Below are positions 10,193 through 17,585 of a stretch of 64,000 nucleotides of DNA, piece after piece. This stretch comes from Myxococcota bacterium (GTDB lineage Bacteria; Myxococcota_A; Polyangia; Nannocystales; Nannocystaceae): contig JBCCHT010000024.1 of the NCBI GenBank assembly GCA_039028615.1, forward strand, positions 1 to 64,000, given 5' to 3'. Position numbers and translations under genes: made by a program. Position 1 is the first letter of the stretch. Every line of letters starts with the position of its first letter. Under the pieces are notes generated by a model, which did no database searches, was not told where the DNA came from, and saw only the letters and a program-made list of their open reading frames with translations.

Positions 10193-11065
10193 ATGGTCCA
10201 CGTCGGCCTGTCGTTGATGATCGAGGAGCCCTTTCGCCGGGCGGTGCTCCCGTTGTTCGAGGAGGGAGTCGTCGACGCGCTCGAGCACAGCTTCGAGGTC
10301 GGCTGGGGACGACAACCACGTCCAGACTGGGCGGAGGCGCTGATCGACCACTACGCCGCCGCCGGGCGCCTATGGGGGCACGGGGTCACGATGTCGCCGT
10401 TCTCGGTCGAGGCGCCCGAGCAGCCGACCTGGCTGTCCCGCGTTCGCGAGGCATGCGAGCGCTGGGCTCATCGCGGGGTCTCGGAGCACTACGGCTTCAT
10501 GGTGGCGGGCGAGCTCGATGGCGGCGCACCGATGCCATTGCCGACGGGCCCGGCTGCGGAGGCCGTCGGCATCCGAGCCCTGCGGCGACTGGCCAAAACC
10601 ACGGGAACCCCGGTGGGCCTGGAGAACCTCGCCTTCGCCCTGGGTCCAGCCGATGTCGAAGCCCAGGGCCCGCTGCTCACCACGGTGCTCGATGCGGTGG
10701 ACGGGTACCTGGTGCTCGATCTGCACAACCTCCACTGTCAGCTCGAGAACTACGGCGGCGACGCGATCGCTCTGCTCGAGTCCTTGCCGCTCGCTCGGGC
10801 TCGCTGCATCCATGTCTCGGGCGGATCGTGGTCCGAGCCGCAAGCGCAGGGTGTTGCGCGTCGCTTTCGCCGCGACACCCACGACGGCGACGTGCCCGAG
10901 CGGGTGTTCGAGCTGCTGGCGCAAGCGCTGCCGCGATGCCCCGCGCTGGAGTTCGTGGTGCTCGAGCGACTCGGCTTCACGATCGATGGCTCGATGGGCG
11001 CCGAGCGGGTTCGCGATGACTTCATGCGCTGCCGGGCGCTGGTGCAGGACCACGAGCATGGATGA
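10193..11065 (+). CDS. DUF692 multinuclear non-heme iron oxidative enzyme (MNIO), ChrH-like
   Basis: Ligand motifs GHGV, SEHYGF, LENLA, LDLHNL, IHVSGG, DTHD, LER; ATG 10193. Confidence 0.9.
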   Translation: MVHVGLSLMIEEPFRRAVLPLFEEGVVDALEHSFEVGWGRQPRPDWAEALIDHYAAAGRLWGHGVTMSPFSVEAPEQPTWLSRVREACERWAHRGVSEHYGFMVAGELDGGAPMPLPTGPAAEAVGIRALRRLAKTTGTPVGLENLAFALGPADVEAQGPLLTTVLDAVDGYLVLDLHNLHCQLENYGGDAIALLESLPLARARCIHVSGGSWSEPQAQGVARRFRRDTHDGDVPERVFELLAQALPRCPALEFVVLERLGFTIDGSMGAERVRDDFMRCRALVQDHEHG

Positions 11066-11258
11066 GGCGGTGCTCGGCCACTACCAGCGGCGGCTGCTCG
11101 CGCTGCTGGCGGCCCAGGCCTCGCCTGACGAGCTGATCGCGCAATTGCGGGCGGACCCCGTTTTGGAGCCCCTGCGCGACTACATCGAGCAGCTCGACCC
11201 GCATGCGCTGGTGGTCGCGGCCGAGCTGGTGGCGCGGTGGGCCCCCGACAAAGAGTGA
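11058..11258 (+). CDS. 66-aa helical protein translationally coupled to the MNIO (partner or split C-terminal domain)
   Basis: ATG overlaps the MNIO stop (ATGGATGA); GC3-rich codons; MDEAVLGHYQRRLL...LDPHALVVAAELVARWAP. Confidence 0.75.
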   Translation: MDEAVLGHYQRRLLALLAAQASPDELIAQLRADPVLEPLRDYIEQLDPHALVVAAELVARWAPDKE

Positions 11259-11291
11259 AACCAAGCGCGCGCTCGTGCGTCCTCTATAACC

Positions 11292-12068
11292 GTGGATTCC
11301 CAGACCGCGCTCGTACCCTCGTCGCCTGCGCCCGAGCGCGCGGCCTCCCACGTCATCGTTCGCCGGATCGCCGCGGTGGGCCTGCTCGGTGTGGCCGGCC
11401 TCTGCGGCTATATCGCGGCCGCGATGGCTCCGCTCAATACGGAGTGGATCCCCGGCTGGGTCGGGTTGGCGCTGGTGTGTGCGGTCGGAGCCCACGCGCA
11501 GTGGGTCGGTCGACCCTGGGCTCGCGGCTACGGCCTCGGCATCACCATCTGGGGCCTGATCGTCAGCGTGCAGGGGTGCTTCGCGTTGGGGCCCCATCCG
11601 TTCTTGCTGACGGGCGTGGCGGGGATGACGGTGTTGACCGGGCTTCAGCTGCTCGGTCGAGGCGAGTCGGAACCCGGCGGTCGTCATTTGCTGTCCATGG
11701 TGCTGGCCAGCGCCGCGGTCCCGTGCGCGACCATCTACGGTTTGGCGCCGCAGCACACGCTGCTCGTCAGCGGTGGGGTTCTGGGCGGCGCGCTGGTCGT
11801 GCTCGCCGGAGCATGGGGCGTGTGCCGGGGTCGAACCTGGGGCCTGTTGCTCGGCTTGGCGGGGTCGGTGGTCATGGGGCTGACGCTGGCTCAGGCACAG
11901 GCGGTGGGATGGTTGCAGCATCCGCACCCGGTGTTGCCGCAGACCAACCCGCTGGCGCTGTTGGCCCTGGGCATCGCGGGCGTCGGCCTGAGTTTCTCGT
12001 CCTCGGCGATCTTCCTGGCCCCCATGGTGCGCTTCGTCCTGCGGGGCGATGACGCGGCATCGAGCTGA
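11292..12068 (+). CDS. Multi-pass membrane protein of unknown function
   Basis: About 7-8 hydrophobic segments; co-oriented just after the MNIO pair. Confidence 0.7.
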   Translation: MDSQTALVPSSPAPERAASHVIVRRIAAVGLLGVAGLCGYIAAAMAPLNTEWIPGWVGLALVCAVGAHAQWVGRPWARGYGLGITIWGLIVSVQGCFALGPHPFLLTGVAGMTVLTGLQLLGRGESEPGGRHLLSMVLASAAVPCATIYGLAPQHTLLVSGGVLGGALVVLAGAWGVCRGRTWGLLLGLAGSVVMGLTLAQAQAVGWLQHPHPVLPQTNPLALLALGIAGVGLSFSSSAIFLAPMVRFVLRGDDAASS

Positions 12069-12087
12069 GGTCGATGCCGCGGGGCCG

Positions 12088-13125
12088 TCAGCACACGCCT
12101 TCGTCGATCTGTCCATCGCAGTCGTTGTCGAGGCCGTCGCACCGCTCGTCGATCGCGGTGGGTGACGCGATGGACGGCACGCACTCGACGTCGAGCAAGT
12201 CGGGCGAGCAGGTGAGCCAGCCCAGCACGGCGCAGGCACCGAGACCGTGGGTGCACGACTCGCCGTCTGGAAAGAAGTCCTCGTCGACCTCGCCGTCGCA
12301 ATCGTTGTCGATGCCATCGCACAGCTCGACCGACGGCACGCTCAGAGGCAACGGCTGACAGACGACGTCTCCCTCCTCTCCGCAGACCCAGGTGCCCAGG
12401 GCACACGCGCCGAGGCCCGCCTCGCAGGCCGCGTCGAGCTGGGTGAAGTCCTCGTCGATCGTGCCGTCGCAGTCGTTGTCGATGCCGTCGCAGCGCTCGG
12501 GCTCGGGCGTCGCCGCTTCGACGTCGCACTCGACATCGCCGTCGTCACTGCAGACCAAGGTCCCCTGGCGCATGCAGGGTCCGATGCCTTCTGTGCAGAG
12601 TTCGCCCAGCGCATACCCTTCGTCGACGTCGCCATCGAGATCGTTGTCGATGGCATCGCAGCGCTCGGGGCTCGGGATGGAGCCCTCCTCGACACAGTCG
12701 CGAGACTGCGTGTCGCAGACCAGGGGAAAGGCGCAGTCGCTGTCGGCTCGGCAGGCGACGGGGGTGCAGGTCCCTCGCTCTTCGTCGCACCACTGACCCT
12801 CTCCACAGGACTCCGGGGCACAAGCCACGGCCTGGCACACGCCTGTTTCGCAGTGCTGGGCGTCGCCGCAGTCGTCGTCGGTGAAGCATCGACCGGGCAG
12901 CAGGCAGCGATCGCCGACGCACGACTCACCCTGACCGCAGTCGGTATCGACTTCGCACGGAGCCCAGGCCGGAATGCACTGGCCTTCGCTGCACCCGTGG
13001 TCGAGCGGGCACTGCTGGTCGGTACGGCAGTCGGATTGCTCCGGGGCGGCCGCGCACGCGCCGACCAGCAGGGCGAAGAGGCCGGAGGCGATGCCTTCGA
13101 TGATTGGCTTCGATTGGTTGGTCAT
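12088..13125 (-). CDS. Cys-rich lipoprotein with 4 putative metal-binding (MopE-like CDGxDNDCDG) repeats
   Basis: Lipobox VGAC; several CxxDxxC modules; ERCDGIDNDCDGTIDE-type repeats; ATG 13125. Confidence 0.85.
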   Translation of the reverse strand: MTNQSKPIIEGIASGLFALLVGACAAAPEQSDCRTDQQCPLDHGCSEGQCIPAWAPCEVDTDCGQGESCVGDRCLLPGRCFTDDDCGDAQHCETGVCQAVACAPESCGEGQWCDEERGTCTPVACRADSDCAFPLVCDTQSRDCVEEGSIPSPERCDAIDNDLDGDVDEGYALGELCTEGIGPCMRQGTLVCSDDGDVECDVEAATPEPERCDGIDNDCDGTIDEDFTQLDAACEAGLGACALGTWVCGEEGDVVCQPLPLSVPSVELCDGIDNDCDGEVDEDFFPDGESCTHGLGACAVLGWLTCSPDLLDVECVPSIASPTAIDERCDGLDNDCDGQIDEGVC

Positions 13126-13127
13126 GA

Positions 13128-15995
13128 TCACTGCTCCACCAAAAAGCCCTGCACACGGACGTGCGAGCCGGAGTTGCCGTCGCTGACGGATACGAGACAC
13201 ACGTAGTCGGCCCCGTCTGGATGGCAGTTGATGTCCCACGACGCATCGTCGTCGCCGTTGGTCTCGTAGGCGCTCACCGAAAGCAGCGGATAGGCCTGGC
13301 CGATGCCGCTCCAGGTAATGAGTTCGGGGGCGTCGTTCCAGACGACCTGGTTGACGGGGAAGACCGCGGTGGCGGAGGGAGGCACGACCCGGGCGCCGTA
13401 GCCCGCGGCCTGGCTGCCGCCGTTGCCCCCGTGACCGCAGGCCGACAACGAGCCGGGCACGCCGATCTCGGAGTTGAAGCTGAAGTCGTCGTCCGCCCCC
13501 GTCAGGTAGCGCTGGAGCCCGATGAACGAGTGCGAGGGGTCTGCGACGGGGAACGCATCGATGCACTGCCCGTTGAGGACCTGCCACGTGCCGAGGAACT
13601 CGGCCGTGGCGTTGGGCCCGGCCCCCATAGCGACGACGCGCCCTTCCACCTGCGAGCCGCCGTTGCCGAAGCCGGTGACCACGCTGCAGGTATAAAACGC
13701 CCCTTCGTCGGAGCAGGCGACGTCGAACTCGAAGTCGTCGTCGGAGTGCGTGTAGTACTGATCGACGAGCACGAGCGGAATCACCGTGTCGGTGGCGGGC
13801 TTGGGCACGACCACGATGTCGGAGTTGTTGCCGTTGAGCTCGAAGTGCTCCTCGTGGATGACGAGGCCGCAGTTCGGCACGCCCTCGTCCACGAGGCCAT
13901 CGCAGTCGTTGTCGACGTCGTCGCAGACTTCCGTCGGGGCGGGCCCGCAGGTGCCACACGCGTTCTGCTGGCCGTACTGCACCCCGGCTTCGTCTTCGTC
14001 GACGAGGCCGTCGCAGTCGTCGTCGACCCCGTTGCAGACTTCGAGAGGAACTGGGCCGCACTCACCGCAAGCGTTGAGCAGGCCTTCGTCGACCACGCCG
14101 TTGCAGTTGTCGTCGACGCCGTTGCAGGTCTCGAGGGTGGGCTGATGGCCATCGCAGGTACCCCAGGCGCCCGCTGAGCAGACCTGCTGGCCCGCGGTGC
14201 AGGCCCCCACGTCGATGCCACACGGGCGGGTGTCACCGGCCGGACAAGGGCATCCCTCGTCGATGCTGACGTCGCAGTCGTCGTCGATGCCGTTGTCACA
14301 CACCTCGACCGAGGGGCCTTCACCGCCCACGCACCCGAGGATCCCGTCGGTGCAGTCGATCTGGCCGCTGTGGCAGGCGCCGATGTTCGAGCCACAGGCC
14401 GCGCCGACCCGGAAGTCGTCGTCGTCCACGACCTCGTTGCAGTCGTCGTCGAACCCGTTGCACAGATCGATGCTGGGCTCGGTGAACCCGGTGCACTCGA
14501 GCGCTCCGCCCGGACCGCAGACCCAGGCCCCGGGCTCGCACACCGGGCGATCGGGCGCGCAGGCCTGGCCGACCATCGGGTCGGCCTCGTCGACCTCGCC
14601 GTCGCAGTCGTTGTCGAGGCCGTCGCAGTACTCGCTGCTGCCTGCCACGCACTGGTCTACGGTGAGCAGCGAAATCGACAGGCCATCGGCCATGTACGTA
14701 TGCGGCTGTTCGAGCGTCTCGCCGCGCTGCACCTCGAACAGGGCGATGGGGTCGTCCGAGAGGCCGACGCAGAAGATGAACCAGCAAAAGCCCTCGTCGG
14801 ACTCGTACAAGAACACACCCACCGACTCGTCTTCGGTCTGGGTATCCCACGACCACTGGCCGCTGTTGGTGTAGCTCAGGCGGTCGACCTGGTCGTTGGC
14901 CGGCCACTCGCAGAAGTTCTCCGGCCCTCGCCGCACGGGCCCACGCAGCGAACCGCTGTGGGCGTGGGGCGGGATCCACTTCTCGAGCTGAGGGTCGTCG
15001 AACGAGATGTAGGGCCCATCCAAGTCCACGAAGGGAACGAAGGAATCGACCAGATCCGCGAGGCTACCCACCAACGGAGACCCGGGCAGGTGCAGGGGAA
15101 AATCTCGCTCGGGGATGACCCACATGCGCAGGTTCTGCTCCGCATTCCACGGCTCCCAGCTGGCGTGCACCTCTGCTTGTTGCAGCGTGAGCAGATTGTT
15201 GCCGGACACGAAGGCCTGCGCGGCACAGTCGACGATGATGGGTCCATCGTCGGTCATCACCGTCTCGAACCCGCTGGTGCGATAGGTGAACGGGTCGGTG
15301 CTGGTGTCCACGCAGGGGCAGAACTCGGGCGAGCTCGGGTCCACGGTCACCGATCGAGCCTCGGCCTCGGCTCCGTCGACGGCCAGCGTGATCGGGTGGG
15401 CGCTGACGATCTTGTTGGCCTCGTATTGACTGAGCCACGCGACGAGCTGCACCAGACGCGCGGCTCGTTCCGTGTCGTAGACGAACTCCGCGAAGGGGCC
15501 ACCGACGTCGGCTCCCCATCCATCGGGGACCTCGTCCCAGTCGATCTCGAGCACGACATCGACCTGGTGGCGGAGGATCTCGCCCCCGAGCTGTAGCGTC
15601 ACATCGGAGGCCGGATAGGTGCGTGGACCCGTGCCGTCCTCGAAGTCCAGCGGCTCGTGACGCAGCAGGAACGGGTAGGTGCGGAGCAGCTGCTCCAGCC
15701 CTTCCACCGTCCGCGGTCGCACGTGGATGAAGTCCCGCAGATAGCGAGCGCCAACCCCCTCGTCCGAGTAGGCGACCCCGGTGGGCAGCGCTTCGCGAGG
15801 CCACGGAAATCGTGGGTCGTGCGGGCGGACCTCGTCCGAGACGGTGGGGTCGAGCCGGACCGCGTCGTGGGTCCGCGTTCGGAGATCACCGCATGCCAAT
15901 AGCAGCAGCGCGGCCACCGACGCCGTCGTCAGCCCGAAGGCGGCGCGGTGTGAAGTCGTGAGAGAAACCGACGGCAACGAAGAACTGGATGTCAT
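13128..15995 (-). CDS. Large lipoprotein with 6 CxGxDxDCDG repeats and a threefold-repeat C-terminal beta domain
   Basis: Lipobox LLAC; six repeats such as EVCNGVDDDCDGLVDE; three C-terminal YxTxxDDD...GNxGS units. Confidence 0.85.
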   Translation of the reverse strand: MTSSSSLPSVSLTTSHRAAFGLTTASVAALLLLACGDLRTRTHDAVRLDPTVSDEVRPHDPRFPWPREALPTGVAYSDEGVGARYLRDFIHVRPRTVEGLEQLLRTYPFLLRHEPLDFEDGTGPRTYPASDVTLQLGGEILRHQVDVVLEIDWDEVPDGWGADVGGPFAEFVYDTERAARLVQLVAWLSQYEANKIVSAHPITLAVDGAEAEARSVTVDPSSPEFCPCVDTSTDPFTYRTSGFETVMTDDGPIIVDCAAQAFVSGNNLLTLQQAEVHASWEPWNAEQNLRMWVIPERDFPLHLPGSPLVGSLADLVDSFVPFVDLDGPYISFDDPQLEKWIPPHAHSGSLRGPVRRGPENFCEWPANDQVDRLSYTNSGQWSWDTQTEDESVGVFLYESDEGFCWFIFCVGLSDDPIALFEVQRGETLEQPHTYMADGLSISLLTVDQCVAGSSEYCDGLDNDCDGEVDEADPMVGQACAPDRPVCEPGAWVCGPGGALECTGFTEPSIDLCNGFDDDCNEVVDDDDFRVGAACGSNIGACHSGQIDCTDGILGCVGGEGPSVEVCDNGIDDDCDVSIDEGCPCPAGDTRPCGIDVGACTAGQQVCSAGAWGTCDGHQPTLETCNGVDDNCNGVVDEGLLNACGECGPVPLEVCNGVDDDCDGLVDEDEAGVQYGQQNACGTCGPAPTEVCDDVDNDCDGLVDEGVPNCGLVIHEEHFELNGNNSDIVVVPKPATDTVIPLVLVDQYYTHSDDDFEFDVACSDEGAFYTCSVVTGFGNGGSQVEGRVVAMGAGPNATAEFLGTWQVLNGQCIDAFPVADPSHSFIGLQRYLTGADDDFSFNSEIGVPGSLSACGHGGNGGSQAAGYGARVVPPSATAVFPVNQVVWNDAPELITWSGIGQAYPLLSVSAYETNGDDDASWDINCHPDGADYVCLVSVSDGNSGSHVRVQGFLVEQ

Positions 15996-17208
15996 GGTGA
16001 TGGCTCCGGTCGACGCGAAGAGGGATGTGAGTGGCTTGGAAGGCGAGAAAACCGTGGTGGGGGGCGGGACGACGCCAAGGCAAGACGTCGAGGCGGAGGG
16101 ACAATCCCCAGGCCGGGGAGTGGCTGCGCTGTCGTTCGGGGGTCGGGCTCAGCACGTCGACCCGCTCGAGCTGACGCTGCGTGAAGACCCAGCCCGCATG
16201 CGCGCCCAGACCCAGGCGTTGGCGGGTGGCCGGCAGCATGACCGCTGCGGTACCGAAGGCACCGACGCGCATCATGAGCTGGTCGGTGGTGACTCCGTTG
16301 AAGGGTGCCGCGGTGTTCGTGGCGGACACCTCCATCCTCGGACCGAGCACGATGGCGCGGTCGACCAGGCGTAGGCCCAGCATGGCCTTGCCGCCGACAC
16401 CGAACAGCTCGCGGCGAGTGGAGGGGCGAGCCGGCACCGTGGGGCCGGCCGCGACCTCGATACCCCACCGCAAATGGCTAGGCGGGGCAGGGCCCCGCGT
16501 CTGTGGTTTTGGTTCTTCGGGGGGCGGAGCGGGGTCGCGTGGTGTCGGTTCGGGTCCTCGAGGGCCCTCGACCGGGTCCTCCGGGGCCGTCGCTTCGATC
16601 GGCGCCGGGGCGGGGGGTCGCTCGACCACGAACAGCTCCACGCCCCGGTCTCGGGGTTGGGTACCGTCGCGACGACGGCCCTGGAGCACCGTTCGCGTCG
16701 CGTTCAGATCGAGGTCGTCGCCCACGACCACCTGCGGTTCCCCGGAGAAACCGGGAAGGCCGTTGCGGCGTCCGAGCTCGAAGACCAGGGCCGCGCGAAA
16801 CAACCCCACCCGCAGGTGCATGCGGACGTCTTTGGGTATGGTCGTCGTGGTACACGGCGACTCGATCGGCACCGGGCGCGCACGCGGATCGGTCTGGTCC
16901 GAATAACCGACGAGCACGATGCTCGAGTCGGGGGACAGTTCGGCGGTGAGCGTCCGCAGCTCATCGACGAGCGCCACCTCGGCTTCCGCAGCGAGACAGA
17001 TGTCGCCCGTCTCGGCGAAGGTCGCGACGACACCCCGCGAGGAGAGCCTCGGCCCCGTGGCGGCATCGGGCGCGGCACGGGCGAGCCGGCCATCGCCGAG
17101 CCACAACATCGAGGCAATGCCGGCCGCCACTGGGAGGCTACGTCGTGCATGACGCACCAGGGGCGACGACGTGCACCCCGTCGGGAGCGTTCGTTTCGAG
17201 TCGAGCAC
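15886..17208 (-). CDS. Exported protein: OmpA-C-like domain, Pro linker, probable C-terminal beta-barrel
   Basis: Signal-like N-terminus; SIVLVGYSD...RDRGVELFV resembles OmpA-C; amphipathic strands ending FFVAVGFSHDF; start uncertain. Confidence 0.55.
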   Translation of the reverse strand: MLDSKRTLPTGCTSSPLVRHARRSLPVAAGIASMLWLGDGRLARAAPDAATGPRLSSRGVVATFAETGDICLAAEAEVALVDELRTLTAELSPDSSIVLVGYSDQTDPRARPVPIESPCTTTTIPKDVRMHLRVGLFRAALVFELGRRNGLPGFSGEPQVVVGDDLDLNATRTVLQGRRRDGTQPRDRGVELFVVERPPAPAPIEATAPEDPVEGPRGPEPTPRDPAPPPEEPKPQTRGPAPPSHLRWGIEVAAGPTVPARPSTRRELFGVGGKAMLGLRLVDRAIVLGPRMEVSATNTAAPFNGVTTDQLMMRVGAFGTAAVMLPATRQRLGLGAHAGWVFTQRQLERVDVLSPTPERQRSHSPAWGLSLRLDVLPWRRPAPHHGFLAFQATHIPLRVDRSHHHDIQFFVAVGFSHDFTPRRLRADDGVGGRAAAIGMR

Positions 17209-17585
17209 ATCGGGTAGTGCGGGCTCGATCGCGAATCTTCACCGCCTCCGAAAAAAAATCCGCGTTTGTTTCGGACGTCTTTGTCCCCCCATTTCGCGCC
17301 GCGCGATTCGTGACGATCAGTTCCGGCCAAAGGGCAGTGGGTTGTTCCCGCGCTTCATTGCACTGCAACGCAGCCGATGAGCGGAGCCGATCGAGTTCGT
17401 GAACCTGACGATGACGACCGGGCCACCACGCGCGTAGAAAGTCGGCGTCGCGCGCGCCAATGCGCGTCGGAATGCTGTTCAATGCCGCGTCGGCGGAATT
17501 GAATGGAACCCCTGAGGATTATTTCCGGGGCTCCCAGACCCCCAACGAAACGCCTTCCGCCGGCACGAAGCAAGAGGAGCATCGA

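Noticed and set aside
12088..14640. Repeated gcagtcgttgtcga-like DNA as a CRISPR or mobile repeat
   Set aside because: Degenerate, irregularly spaced and in-frame coding for DNDC protein repeats; no cas genes.
17445..17460. Minus-strand TTGGCGCG-N4-ACGC as a sigma54 promoter
   Set aside because: Poor -12 element in a CG-repeat context; likely chance.
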